From the human T2T-CHM13v2.0 reference genome, Homo sapiens: DNA of 64,000 nt. The stretch lies in NCBI RefSeq assembly GCF_009914755.1, contig NC_060943.1; one strand, written 5' to 3'. The notes under the pieces are model-generated. The model worked only from the letters and a program-made list of their open reading frames with translations. It had not been told where the DNA came from and ran no database searches. Below are positions 33,272-49,291 of this stretch, one piece after another. The position numbers and the translations under genes are program-made. Numbering within the stretch: position 1 is the stretch's first letter; each line of letters starts with the position of its first letter.

Positions 33272-35772
33272 GGGCAAAGTGGCTGATGCCTGTAATCCCA
33301 ACACTTTGGGAGGCTGAGGCAGGAGGACTGTTTGAGGCCAAGAGTTGGAGACCAGCCTGGGCAACATAGCTAGACCCCATCTCTAAAAAAAAAAACAGCC
33401 CTCTCCCTCTGTCTCCCTCTCCCCACGGTCTCCCTCTCATGCGGAGCCGAAGCTGGACTGTACTGCTGCCATCTCGGCTCACTGCAACCTCCCTGCCTGA
33501 TTCTCCTGCCTCAGCCTGCCCAGTGCCTGCCATTGCAGGCACGCGCCGCCACGCCTGACTGGTTTTGGTGGAGACGGGGTTTCGCTGTGTTGGCCGGGCA
33601 GGTCTCCAGCCCCTAACCGCGAGTGATCCCGCCAACCTCAGCCTCCCGAGGTGCCGGGATTGCAGACGGAGTCTCGTTCACTCAGTGCTCAATGGTGCCC
33701 AGGCTGGAGTGCAGTGGCGTGATCTCGGCTCACTACAACCTACACCTCCCAGCCGCCTGCCTTGGCCTCCCAAAGTGCCGAGATTGCAGCCTCTGCCCGG
33801 CCGCCACCCCGTCTGGGAAGTGAGGAGCGTCTCTGCCTGGCCGCCCATCGTCTGGGATGTGAGGAGCCCCTCTGCCTGGCTGCCCAGTCTGGAAAGTGAG
33901 GAGCGTCTCCGCCCGGCCGCCATCCCATCTAGGAAGTGAGGAGCGCCTCTTCCCAGCCGCCATCACATCTAGGAAGTGAGGAGCGTCTCTGCCTGGCCGC
34001 CCATCGTCTGAGATGTGGGGAGCGCCTCTGCCCCGCCGCCCCATCTGGGATGTGAGGAGTGCCTTTGCCCGGCCGAGACCCCGTCTGGGAGGTGAGGAGC
34101 GTCTCTGCCCGGCCGCCCCGTCTGAGAAGTGAGGAGACCCTCTGCCTGGCAACCACCCCGTCTGAGAAGTGAGGAGCCCCTCCGCCCGGCAGCCGCCCCG
34201 TCTGAGAAGTGAGGAGCCTCTCCGCCCGGCAGCCACCCCATCTGGGAAGTGAGGAGCATCTCCGCCCGGCAGCCACCCCGTCCGGGAGGGAGGTGGGGGG
34301 GGTCAACCCCCCGCCCGGCCAGCCGCCCCATCTGGGAGGGAGGTGGGGGGTCAGCCCCCCCGACCGGCCAGCCGTGCCATCCGGGAGGGAGGTGGGGGGG
34401 TCAGCCCCCCACCTGGCCAGCCGTGCCGTCCGGGAGGGAGGTGGGGGGGTCAGCCCCCCGCCCGGCCAGCCGCCCCGTCCGGGAGGTGAGGGGTGCCTCT
34501 GCCCGGCCACCCCTACTGGGAAGTGAGGAGCCCCTCAGCCCGGCCAGCCACCCCGTCCGGGAGGGAGATGGGGGGGTCAGCCCCCCCACCCGGCCAGCCG
34601 CCCCGTCCGGGAGGGAGGTGGGGGGGTAAGCCCCCCGCCTGGCCAGCCGCCCCGTCCGGGAGGGAGGTGGGGGGGTCAGCCCTCCGCCCGGCCAGCCGCC
34701 CCGTCCGGGAGGTGAGGGGCGCCTCTGCCCAGCCGCCCCTACTGGGAAGTGAGGAGCCCCTCTGCCCGGCCAGCCGCCCCGTCCGGGAGGGAGGTGGGGG
34801 TGTCAGCCCCCCGCCCGGCCAGCCGCCCCGTCCGGGAGGGAGGTGGGGGGGGTCAGCCCCCCCGCCCGGCCAGCCGCCCCGTCCGGGAGGTGAGGGGCGC
34901 CTCTGCCCGGCCGCCCCTACTGGGAAGTGAGGAGCCCCTCTGCCCGGCCAGCCGCCCCGTCTGGGAGGGAGGTGGGGGTGTCGGCCCCCCGCCCGGCCAG
35001 CCGCCCCCTCCGGGAGGGAGGTGGGGGGGGTCAGCCCCCCCGCCCGGCCAGCCGCCCCGTCCGGGAGGTGTGCCCAACAGCTCATTGAGAACGGGCCAGG
35101 ATGACAATGGCGGCTTTGTGGAATAGAAAGGCAGGAAAGGTGGGGAAAAGATTGAGAAATCGGATGGTTGCCGTGTCTGTGTAGAAAGAAGTAGACATGG
35201 GAGACTTTTCATTTTGTTCTGCACTAAGAAAAATTCCTCTGCCTTGGGATCCTGTTGATCTGTGACCTTACCCCCAACCCTGTGCTCTCTGAAACATGTG
35301 CTGTGTCCACTCAGGGTTAAATGGATTAAGGGCGGTGCAAGATGTGCTTTGTTAAACAGATGCTTGAAGGCAGCGTGCTCGTTAAGAGTCATCACCAATC
35401 CCTAATCTCAAGTAATCAGGGACACAAACACTGCGGAAGGCCGCAGGGTCCTCTGCCTAGGAAAACCAGAGACCTTTGTTCACTTGTTTATCTGCTGACC
35501 TTCCCTCCACTATTGTCCCATGACCCTGCCAAATCCCCCTCTGTGAGAAACACCCAAGAATTATCAATAAAAAAATAAATTTAAAAAAAAAAAAAAAAAA
35601 CAAAAAAAAAACATAAAAATTAGCCAGGTGTGGTGGTACACCACTGTAATCCCAGCTACGCAGGAGGCCAAGTGGGAGGATCACTTGAGCCCAGGAGTTC
35701 AAGGCCACAGTGAGCCATGATCACACAACTACATTCCAGCCTGTGTGACAGCATGAGACCCTATCTCTAAAA
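33272..35772 (+). mobile_element. AluJ split by the SVA (left arm 33272-33397, right arm 35614-35772)
   Basis: The arms are contiguous once the SVA and one TSD are removed. Confidence 0.9.
33398..35601 (+). mobile_element. SVA retrotransposon, young E/F type, short hexamer, inserted in the A-rich linker of an Alu
   Basis: Hexamer remnant, Alu-like region, VNTR, SINE-R, AATAAA (35566) and polyA; TSD aaaaaaaaaaca at 33386-33397 and 35602-35613. Confidence 0.97.
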
Positions 35773-35893
35773 ATTTTTTTTAAAGTACAAAAGAAAAAAA
35801 GACCTTTACGAAACACTTGCTATGTTTACTGCATACTTCTTTCCCAAGGAATTATTGTGCAAGTACAACGCTCTCCTTCATGCTGATTTTCAT

Positions 35894-36027
35894 CATCTGT
35901 ATCAGAGCCATCATCCCGTCTCACCTAGTTTACTTCAAACATCTTCAAAAGATCAAAACATCAACAGTTGTTTTGAAGATGTTTGAAGTAAACTAGGCGA
36001 GAGGGGATGATGGCTCTGACACAGATG
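35894..36027. repeat. Long inverted repeat: 57-bp arms, 20-nt spacer
   Basis: Arms 35894-35950 and 35971-36027 are complementary at 54 of 57 positions. Confidence 0.95.
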
Positions 36028-36661
36028 TTTTTTCCCATGTTTACGCTTACTCAATTCAATAAACTATGCTCATAATTGTTAGGTAAACTAGACAATTTTT
36101 TAAATGTCTCCTGTCTCTTTGATAAAGTCCTTAAATTACCCAAAATTACTGTTGGGTACAAATTCCTAACCTAATCGATAAAACATGGCAGATGGTCACG
36201 GCATCCTAACTCAGTAACCTCAGCTCCTGCTCAATTCTCTTGTTGTTGGAACACAAGGCATAGCACACAGAATTTCCTTTCATTCTTTGCATGTCCTTTG
36301 TTCCTTTCTGCAAATGTTGTTCAAACAATGGTTTCCATTTGCCTAAAGTGCCTGCTATGGCTGGTTAACCTCTAAAATATTTAGGGAGCAGCCCAACCTG
36401 CAGATACAAAGATGTCAAAAAACGAAATTACAACACATTTACTTTAAAGACCTTAATTTATTTTATTTGTGATTCTAGAATCAAGCAGCACTTTATTCTA
36501 CAAAATAGAATGAGTAGAGGAGCTGAGCAGAGCAGGGTGGTTTTACAGACAGAAAAGGGCTGAGGAAAACAGACACAGAGAGCAGAAAGTGCCTTGGCCA
36601 TTTCAAAGTTACTTCCCCTGTAAAGGTTAAAGCAGAGGGGGTTTCAATATCATGCCAGCTA

Positions 36662-37117
<456 letters not shown>

Positions 37118-37533
37118 TTATTGGAAGATCAGATAAATAACCTAGTTTCAGCTTGGTGGCATGGAACTTCAGCAGGAGTAACTCCATTTTTGTTTGGTCT
37201 GTTGAGCCTCATGCAGGGGCTCAGCCCAAACCAATGGCTAAACCATTGGCTAAACTGTAAAGTTTATTTAACAAAGGGGAGCTTTCCATGGTCCTGAAAC
37301 AAACTACCCTGAGCTCCTCATTGCAGCAACCTATGCAACTACAACTATCATTGGTTCTGTAATTGTTTCTTTGATGTCTGGATTCCCCCACAGACTTTAA
37401 GGAAGTAGATACCTTTCTGTTTACTACTGAATAGGAGTGACACAGGGAAGGTACTTCTTCACAGTATGAGATGAGTGGATGAATGACTAGAGTATAAAAC
37501 GCTGTCAGCAACTGGGTAGGCTCTACAACTTCC

Positions 37534-38441
37534 TCAGCAGGAGGACCAGAGGCTGGAAACATGGGTGTCACTTTTTAAGAGCAAAAGGGGGCTGATGGTT
37601 GGAAAACCAGATACTAGAAGAATGCTGGTTTTCATAAGCCACACCTGTGGATTGTCAAAAAGAAAAAGCACACATTTCAAAAGCAGAAGAGAAAGAAAAA
37701 AATAAGGCAAAAGTGCTCACAAGTATCAGAATAGATTTTGTGGCTCTGGTCTCTGGGGATATTTGCGAGCACTGTTTAGTGCCATGAATGTATCAGACTT
37801 GCCACTTGTACCGGTGAGGGAAAAAATATCTTGGAGCCACTGGCCCCATGCCATGATTCCCAAGCAAAAAACATCAATACAGGAGAAAATAACTGAACAC
37901 ATTGATTTTGTAATTGTATCAACTAATAGATGAGAACAATATCCAAGGTTTGATTTCACAGTGATATTTCTGCTACTCCATTGGCTAGTCATTCTCATGG
38001 GAACAATGAGATTTACCAGCAAGTGAAACACCCAGCTCACAATACAGGGAGAATTAATATGTTTGGGGGGTTTGAATTTGAGTTCTGCCCACCTGGAGTT
38101 TGTGGGGTTGATACTTAAGGCCTGGAAGCCACCTAAAAGACAGATGGTGTTGAGAGAATTTCCCCAGGCCACTCTGTGACAATAAAAGACAAGTTTACAT
38201 CCAACATCATCCAGGAAGTATTGCAACCCAAAAGCTGCCATCTTCTGAGGGATTCCTCCACAAAGAAGGATTGATGTATTGGCTAACACAAGATGGTTGG
38301 TTATTTGCTCTAACGGTCTCAATCTGTGTCTCCTAAAAAGAGAACAGATATAATAACAAAGGAGTAACGAAAATTCCCCACAATCCCTATTCCAGTCTGT
38401 GTAAAGATAATCACACCCATTGCTACATCAATAGATAGCAT
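37534..38441 (-). pseudogene. VN1R96P: Vomeronasal type-1 receptor (V1R) pseudogene, probably VN1R96P
   Basis: Reconstructed frame MLSIDVAMGVIIFTQTGIGIVGN / LRPLEQITNHLVLAN...GIPQKMAAFG...FLDDVGCKLVFYCHRVA...TICLLGGFQALSINP...WAELK...GYCS...DVFCLGIMAW / HRYKWQV*YIH...SPETRATKSILILVSTF...FPTISPLLL...SC* carries the V1R hallmark motifs. It has at least 3 frameshifts and an internal stop. The symbol comes from recalled locus context. Confidence 0.92.
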
Positions 38442-39252
38442 TCCCTCAGTGACTGAGAGATGATGCTTTTGCTCAGATCCAGGAACCTGGAGAAAAATGG
38501 AAGGAACACATGAATTTCTTCAAGTGAAATGAAATGTACTTAATTTCTTTCAAATCTCCTTCCTGGGACCCCTATGCTATTGTCACACATAAAAATCCCA
38601 TCCATGAAGGTTTTTTCTCCTCACCACCTAGTATATCTTTCTTGGTACCTATAACAACAGAAATTATCTTACTGGATTATCTTATTTCTATTGAAGGAAG
38701 ACCATTTCCTCCAATGGAAAGATGAAGGTCATGAAGGCAGACATCTTGTCTACCCTGTTTTCAGCCCATAACTAAGGTTTAGAACAACATACTGTTAAGC
38801 AGTCAGTCAATATTTATCACATGAATAAATGAATGAACTACTGAACAGAGTCATTATTTCCGTGTCAAAAATTATTTCAATGTGTTCTTTACCTTAATAG
38901 ATTTATTAACATGGGAAGCAGAATCTCTCCTTGATAGTTAAAAATATCTAGTGCATTAAGCTAATTGCGTTATTCGAAACTACATATCCTTGCTTGATTT
39001 GGGGGTTTTGCTTTGTTTTGTTTGTGTAAAAATTTGGTCTTCTTGAGAGACAAGTGTTCAGTGTCCTATGTTGCACTTGATTCTATCAAATACTCTTTGT
39101 CAAGCATGATCTTTCTATAATCCAAAACAAATTTTGGACCAAGGACCCAAACTGAATTAGGCAGAGTACCTTAATAATAAAACATTAACAAAGATATAGT
39201 CCAGGAATACACATGATTAATATCAAAATGAACATTAGATATAATCTCATCT

Positions 39253-39415
39253 TGGCCGGGTGCAATGGCTCACGCCTATAATTCCAGCACTTTGGGAGGC
39301 TTAGGCAAGAAGATCGCTTGAGTCCAGGAGTTCGAGACCAGCCTGGGCAACACAGCAAAACCCTGTCTCTACAAAAATAAAACAATTGAAAAACAAAACG
39401 AACAAACAAAAAAGA
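39253..39415 (+). mobile_element. Alu left monomer (FLAM-like)
   Basis: Single arm plus tail. Confidence 0.88.
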
Positions 39416-41948
39416 ATTAATCTCATTTCATTGGGGAAAAAGACTAACGTGACCACAGGCACCACAATTATTCAATATTTTTCTCACCTGGTCAATAAAA
39501 TGGAAGGTAAAGTTTATCCCTCTTTGGGAAAGTTAGATGATTTTTATGTTACATTCAAAGAAACAACTAAAATATTTAGAAGTAATAAGATAGTAATTTG
39601 CCCAAATATAACATAAATAAAAGAATACACTGTGTATAAACACTTTGAAAATCTTAGGAGTAATCTAGATCAGTAATATGCCAGAAATATGAGCATTCTC
39701 AATCAAAAAGTGGAAAATAAATCTTGAATTAGTAGAATGAAATTCCATGTTCTTGGATGGAAAGACATAATGTGCTCTCAAGATTTGAAATTTCCTCAAA
39801 TAAATTTGTAGATTCAATTCATTATGAATCAAAATTGCAAGGGACTATTTTAGGAGCTATACAATTTGCAACAAATTTTAACTACATTGCTCAAGAAAAT
39901 CCAAGTCATTTTCCCACTTTTTTAAATGAAAAGTTTTCAACATACAGAAACTTAGCCATTTATTTAAAAAAGAACTGGATTAATTTCCTACCTAATTTCC
40001 TAAAACCTAATACAGCAATTAAAGTGTGTAGCACAAAAAAAGAATAGTCACACATATCAATGGTTCAGAACATTGTCCAGAAAAGTTATTTATAAGTTGG
40101 AAATTCAGCAAATTAGAATATAATTGATCAATATTAAGGATCTAGAAAAACAGATGAATGATTTGGGAAATATACAATTGGATGGCCAAATCAAATCATA
40201 CAGACAAATTTCAGGGCAAAAAGAAAAAAATTAGGAAGAGATGGAACTCTCTTTTCTCACACACAGAAAGAAATAGCAGAGGCGCATTTGGCCACAAACC
40301 TGATGGCTAATCCTATGTGGACTCTTGGCTTGAGCAAAAAGAGGGGAGATGCCTCCCCAAGATCCATGTACCCTGAGGTTCAGTGAGATTTCATTAACTC
40401 ACTAAACCTTTGCCAGCATTGACCTCTGTGGTAACCACTGCCCTGAACTGCATATATTCTTTCAAGGTTTTTATCGCTCCCCTGGAACACAGAGCAGAAG
40501 GTAGGGTCTACATCAGGTATGTGATTATAGGGTCAGTATCACATCTCAGAATCCAATTCTCAGATCCACGTAGCTATTACAAGGGAGGGTCCAGCTGAGA
40601 AAATTCACTAGTAAACACGCCTTCTTCTGTAGTTGAGTCTGGTGTTTATTCCAAAGAGTATTATGTGGATTTGAAGGTCAGAATCCTTAATAACATGTAA
40701 TTTTCTGCTGCACCAATTCTAATAAAATTCTGGACAATGCCTTGAAATTTTCACGCAGTGCATACACAAAAATGTTCAGTATAATGAATTGCCCAAGTGC
40801 AGTCTCACCTTGACAAGGTCCAGTGGAAACAAAAGACACTAACATTTATTTAAGATAGCTTGTGCACCAGGCCTACAATTTTCTCTATTTTAATTTGAAT
40901 TAATCTTGTCCCCATGCTTAAAGAATCTCAGGTTAAGAACAAACATTCTGCAGAAGGATGGGCTAAAAATCAAAGAACAAATCAAGGAACAGAGGTGGAA
41001 ATTCAGACAGAACTTATACAGGGAAAGAGTTAAGGAGACATTGCAGGAAAATGGGTAAGAAAAGTAAATAATCTGCAAAGACCAGAGAATATCTCTTCAC
41101 AGTGAAAATGGGCTCTATTATGACTCTGGTATAGTCTCATGAAAAAGCATTAATGGTCCAGACATTGTATAGATTCCCATGTCTAAATATTCACCCCTTT
41201 TCTTTCCCAGACGATTTTTAAGTCTGAAATAAAAACTCCACTCACCTAAGTAACCTCCATTCCAGGATGTTGTACCTAATGTTTACCAGATTTGTCCTGA
41301 GAGAGAAAGCTAAGCCTTTAGTTTTCATTGCCTTGACCTCATCTCTCTCTAGAGCTGTGATTATTATGTTATTTCTAGCATCAGTGATAGTGTCTCCAAG
41401 AAAAATCTGTACACATTTTTTCTTAGCATAATTAACTTATCCAAATTAATTATGAGTGTTTACAGAGAACATCCCAAGATGCTGCCAGAGGTAGCTGGAG
41501 AAAAAGTTTTCTGAACTCCCTATAGGGGTGAGGTCAAATAATTATGAGGCCTAAAAAGTGAGGGATTGGAGAATAAACACATGATTCTGGCTATATTTAA
41601 AAAAAACTCTAAGGGGTATATTTCTTAGAAGAGAATTTTTGGGTTCCTAAAAACCTGATGAATTCTACCTATTAAAGATTTAGTAGAAAAAAAAAGAGAG
41701 GAGAGGCATTCCAAAGATAGAGCATGTGGGACATATAAACAAGGTAGCAAGTGTTGACCTAGAACCCATTATAAGAGGTAAAATAAATGAGATGAGGTGG
41801 TGTGGTGGGAACCAACCTACTATGGACCAAGAGTGTGTGGGGGTGAGGAAATGGAGGGAGGGAGTGTGGACCACTCTCTCAGTAAATATCATTATAAAGG
41901 GGTACCCAGGGATTGATGAGGTTAAGGGAGAATTTAAATACTCATAGA

Positions 41949-42236
41949 AGGCTGGGTGAGGTTGGCTTATGTCTATAATCCCAGCACTTTGGGAGGCTAA
42001 GGCAGGAGGATTGCTTGAACCCAGGAGTTCAAGACTAGCCTGGTCTATAAAATTTTTAAAAATTGAAAACTTAGCCAAGTACAGTGGTACATGCCTGTGT
42101 TCCTAGCTACTTGGAGGCTGAGGTGGATCACTTGAGCCCAGGAGTTCAAGGCTGCAGTGAGCTATGATCACACTACTACACTCCAACATGAGCAACAGAG
42201 AGAGATCCTGTCTCTAAAATAAATAAATAAATAAAT
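41949..42236 (+). mobile_element. Alu (J-type)
   Basis: Degenerate sense dimer. Confidence 0.88.
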
Positions 42237-43143
42237 ACTTACGGGTAAGATCTGGCAGATCAGAATGTGTTGAATTTAAGTAAACATATTTACATTTGTT
42301 AGATTGAGGCCTATCATTAGTTTAAAAAGAGTATAATCCATGGCATAAGTAAAGGAATTAATCTTAATTTTAAAGAGGAATATATCACTCATTAACATAA
42401 ATTTAGGAAAAAAGAATGAGTGTAAAGTCAGGATTAATCTGAATTGTGTAAGGAAATAGAGGGATTTCTCAACTAGGAGAGGCTGAAGATGGCTTCAACT
42501 TCTCTTAAGAAGCAGGAGACAAGCATATTTGAAAAGAGATAGAGAAGCATAGAGACCTGAGAGTAATTGAGAATATTTGAAAGCACAGCAGTGGATAATG
42601 GCAGGAAGAGTTGGAAGATGAAACAGAAGAGGGCTGTTGGGCAGAATCATAGCAGGGATTCGGATTATTGCCAATGAAACATTTATGACTGATGCCAATC
42701 TACCTAGTTGCTTATTCAGCTACACAAGACTTCTATAGTGTAACTATGGGAGAAGGGAAATGGAGACCAGATTCAATTAATATGTTTTCCAGTTCAGAGT
42801 CATGGAATGACAATAAGAAAGGAATTATGGATACCGAAAGAAATAGAAAGGATTGACAAAAATATTACACTAAAGAGAGAAAGAAAGATTGAGATGAACT
42901 GGCATGACATAAATTGAGACTATATATTAATGGCCCAGAAGCCAATGAAAGAGAATAGAAAGATGTGTAGGAAAAAAAGCTGCAAACATCTACATGGAGA
43001 CCCCCTAGAGTCTTCATAGGACACTAAATTGTGCATTCATAGGGTGAAATTCCATAGGATTGGGCATTTAAAAACCAGAAAATGGTGAACTAAACAATTC
43101 CCAGAGCTCAAAGACGGACAATGTTCAAGATATGACTGGCTTA

Positions 43144-44362
<1,219 letters not shown>

Positions 44363-44402
44363 ATAGAGCAAAAGAGATAAATAAAATATTGAATTTTTTT
44401 GA

Positions 44403-44798
<396 letters not shown>

Positions 44799-44799
44799 A

Positions 44800-47700
44800 A
44801 AACTCAGATGTTATTGTGGGAAAGGTCTGCTGCCAGATTTCAGAGAAACCACCAAGAATTTTGGTAATCACATGATGTAGTGATAATGGGATATAGTGAC
44901 AAAATTGGAGATTTGAGAGTCCTCAAATACTAATACCCAGATTCTTATGCTACATGCAGGCACAGCTAAAGAATTAAGCTGAAAAGCTCTTTAAAATAGT
45001 ATGAAAATTCCCAATTTTTACATAACAAAGAAGCAAAGTACCATAAGGCTTTTATATGAATGCCATCAACAGCCATGCCCTAAGAATGTGAGCAAATGTG
45101 AGCAAATGGAGATAGACTAAATCTTGCAAACTTTGCAAATAAGCTCTGACCACACTCAGTACCAGCTCAGATTAAGGTGATCAACTGCACAACTGTCTAA
45201 TACAGAAAAAAGGTCACCTAAAACAATAAGGCTTAATACAATTAAAAATTATGAGACATTCTAAGATGCAAGAAATGTGACTAACAATCAGCAAAAACAA
45301 TATCAAATTTAAGCAAACAGATGGCCCACATATTGGAGATAGTAGACAAGGGCTAAATATATTTCCTCAAAGAATGTGGGGCTGTGCATTTTGCTTGGCT
45401 CCAAGGGACTGGCACAGACTCTTGCCTTGGTTTTGGCTCTCTCTACTGCAGTAGCTTCTCCAGCAGCAGCAGCAGAAGCTCTAAAGGGACAGAACACTTT
45501 CCTCCCTACTCTTTGGACTCAGACATTTAAGGAAATCTTTGATAGGTCTAACTACAGAGATAGCCAAACAGAATTTTCAATGATCACACACAAAAGGAAT
45601 AAACACTCTGCAAAAAAAAATTTGAGAAAGTCACAAATGGATGCTCTAATCCTCAATGAGCAAAAATCAGCAGTCTCTGAGGAGTTAGAGAATCATTTTT
45701 TCAGAATTACCACATTATAATATTGACAGTATCCAGCTCTCAAAAAAATTACTAAGCATACAAATAAATAGGAAAATATGGCCCATTCACAGGAAAAAAA
45801 AATCTGATAGAGACCACACTCGAGGAATCCCTGACGTTGCAATTACTAGTGAAAAACATTAAGTCAACTTTTAAACATGCTCAATGAGTAAAGGAAACCA
45901 TGAATAAAGAACTAAAGAAAACCTGAAAATTACGTGTGAATAAAGTGAGAATACCCCTGAATACCTATAAAGATATAGAAAGGAACCAAACAGAAATTCT
46001 GGAGCTGAAAAGTACAATAAGTGGAAAATTCACTAGAGGTATTCGACAGCAGACTTGAGCAAGAAGAAGAAAGGATCCGTGAACTTAAATTTAAGGCCAT
46101 CAAAATTATTCAGTCTAAGGAGCAGAACGAAAAAAAGAATGAAGAAAATGAACAGAGTCCCAGGGATCTGTAGGACACCATCAAGTGTACCAACATATGC
46201 ATCATAGGAATTCTGGAAGGAGAAGAAAGGAGCAGGAAAAAATTAAAGAAATAGTGGCTGAAACTTCCCAAATCTGATGAAAGACAAGAAGCTACACCTA
46301 AGCTCAACAAATTTTATCTTAACTACATGTAAACTCAACACACTTCAAGCAATATAAAGTCAAAGAAATTTACAGGTAGATTTACAAGTGAATCATCACA
46401 TATGATAGATGCTCAATAAGATGAACAGTTGATTTCTAAACAGAAACCACAGAGGCCAGAGGGCAATGGTATGACACATTTAAAGTTCTAAAAGAAAAAA
46501 ACTCAACCAAGAATTCTGTATCTAGCAAAACTGTCCTTCAAAAATAAAGGAGAAATTAATAAAGGAGAAGCATAAAAACTGAAGGAATTCATTACCAGTT
46601 GACCTGCCCTACAAGAAATGTCAAAGGGACTCTTCAGGCTGAGATAAAAGGATATTAGACAGGAACTTGAAGCCATTAGAAGAAATAAAGAACACTGGTA
46701 AAGTTAACTACACAGGTAAATACAAAATACAATTTATTGTAATTCTTCTCTTTTCCTTTGTGATGTAAAAGACAAATACATAGAACAATAATTATGTTAT
46801 TGTTCTATTGTCTATGTTAATGAGAATTCAGTGTGTAAAGATATAACTTATGAGAATAACAATATAAAGGAGAAAGAAGAGAAATGAATAAGAGCAGTGT
46901 TTGTACTCTATTGAAACTAAGTTGTTATTATTCAAACTCTTAAACAGCCAAGGGTCAAAAAAGACAGCACAAGAGAAATTAGAAAATGCCTTGAGACAAA
47001 TTAAAATTAAAATGCAACATACTAAAACTTATGGGATGCAGGGAAAGCATTACTAGAGGGAAATTTATAGCTATGAATGACTACATTAAAAGGAGAAAAG
47101 TTCTCAAATTAATAACCTAACTTTACACCTTAAGACTCTGGAAAAAGAAAAGCGGGCTAAACCTAAAGTTAGCATAGGAAAGGAAATAATAATGATTAGA
47201 CCAGAGATACACAAAATACAGAATAAATGCAATAGAGAAAAATCAACAAACCTAAAATTGGTTCTTTGAAAAAAAATCAACAGAATTGACAAACCTGTAG
47301 TTAGATTAAGAAAATAAAGAAAGAAAACTCAAATTACTAAAATGAGAAGGGAGAGTGAGAGCATTACTACCAATTTTACAGAGATAAAGGGGATTATTAG
47401 AGAATATTATGAACAGTTGTACACCAACAAATTGGATAACCTAGATAAAATGGATAAATTCCTAGAAACACACAGTCTACCAAAACTGATGCAAGAAGAA
47501 ACAGAAAATCTAAATAGACCTATAACTAGTAAGGAGATTGAATCAATACTTTTTTTAAAAACACTTTATTAAACCCCTCCAAAGAAAATCTCAGGACCAG
47601 AAGCCTTCATTGGGGAATTCTACCTAACAGTTAAAGAAGAATTAACACCAACTCTTCTCAAATTCTTTCGAAAATTGAAGAAGAGGGAGGACTACCTCAT

Positions 47701-48570
47701 TCATTCTAAGAGGCCAGCATTACGCTGATACAACAGCCAGACAAAGATACTAAAAGAAAAGAAAACTACAAGCCAACATCCCTAAGGAAGATAGACGTCA
47801 ATATCCTCAACAAAATACTAGCAAACCAAATTCAGCAGCATATTAAAATAACTATTCACTATGATCAAGTGGGATTTACCACCAGAATGCAAGAGTTGTT
47901 AAACATAGAAATATCAATTAATGTAATACACCACATTAATATTATGAAGGAAAAAAACCCAAGATCATATCAGTTGATGCAGAAAAATCATTTGACAAAA
48001 TCCAACAGTGTTTCATGATAAGAATACTCAACAAATTAAGAACACAGGGGAACTTCCCCCAACATGATAAAGATCATATATGAAGAACTGTCCAGATGCA
48101 GTGGCTCATGCCTGTAATTCCAGCACTTTGGGAGGCAGAGGCAGGAGGGTCATTTGAGCCCTGGGTGGCATGGTGAGACTCCATCTCTACAAAAATATAT
48201 TAAAAGAAAATAGCCAGGCATGGTGGCATGCACTTGTGGTCTCAGCTACTCAGGAGGCTGAGGTGAGAGGCCGAGGTGGGAGGATTGCTTGAGTGCAGAA
48301 GTTGAGGCTGCAGTGAGACATGTTTGTGCCATTGCATTCCAGGCTGGGCCTCAAAGTGAGACCCTGTGTGAAAAGAAAACCCACAGCTAAAATCACACTC
48401 AATAATGACAGACCGAATGTTTTTCCCTGGATGATTAAAATTTTCTAAATCTGGATAGTGATGACGGTTCCATAACCTTATGAATATACTAAAAACCACT
48501 AAATTGTACACTTTTATAAAAGTATGCATTTTATGTTACTTATATCTCAATAAAGCTGTTATTTAAAATG
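44800..48570 (+). mobile_element. Old L1M fragments (5' region, ORF1, ORF2, 3' end)
   Basis: ORF1-like gaaattctggagctgaaaagtacaataa; ORF2-like aacagttgtacaccaacaaattggataacc and gatcaagtgggattt. Confidence 0.75.
48090..48380 (+). mobile_element. Alu (J-type)
   Basis: Degenerate sense dimer. Confidence 0.88.
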
Positions 48571-48981
48571 AACATGATATGGTCTCCACCACCAAGAAGC
48601 ACAGAAACAATTTTGGAACGTTACAGAATTGAAAAAGATGATTTCTCAGCAACAAAGTCCTTATGTGCACAATAAAGTGATTAATATTTCCCAGGTGCTT
48701 TGATAAGAAATATATATTGAGAGCTAGCTATGAGAGAAGTCTTCTCTTGTTTCTTTTGTTTTTTTTTCTTTTTTGATTGTTACTTTAACTTTTTTCTAGA
48801 GAATCTGTTTAAATGGGAAAATGCCAAGGTAAATATTCTCTATTGACATGATTCAACATTTTTTGTATAAATACTGATAAATGCTTATCGAATTAATTCA
48901 TATTTAAAAGAATGGACATTTACTTGGGTCATATTGGTGTTTCTATTGGTGAGAATTTTGACAAAACCGAGATGCACCTTC

Positions 48982-49291
48982 TTTTTTTTTGTTTTTTGAG
49001 AATTGTAGTTTTTTTTTTATTATTATACTTTAAGTTTTAGGGTACATGTGCACAATGTGCAGGTTAGTTACATATGTATACATGTGACATGCTGGTGCAC
49101 TGCACCCACTAACTCGTCATCTAGCATTAGGTATATCTCCCAGTGCTATCCCTCCCCCCGACCCCACCCCACAACAGTCCCCAGAGTGTGATGTTCCCCT
49201 TCCTGTGTCCATGTGTTCTCATTGTTCAATTCCCACCTATGAGTGAGAATATGCGGTGTTTGGTTTTTTGTTCTTGCGATAGTTTACTGGG
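48982..49291 (-). mobile_element. Short L1PA2-like 3' end with a double A-tail (mini 3' transduction)
   Basis: TSD gatgcaccttc at 48971-48981 and 49292-49302; the unique 11-mer gagaattgtag lies between two T runs. Confidence 0.88.

Noticed and set aside
37726-38322. 198-aa V1R ORF as a functional receptor
   Set aside because: Starts at TTG, lacks TM1 and TM6-7 in frame, and is flanked by frameshifts and a stop.
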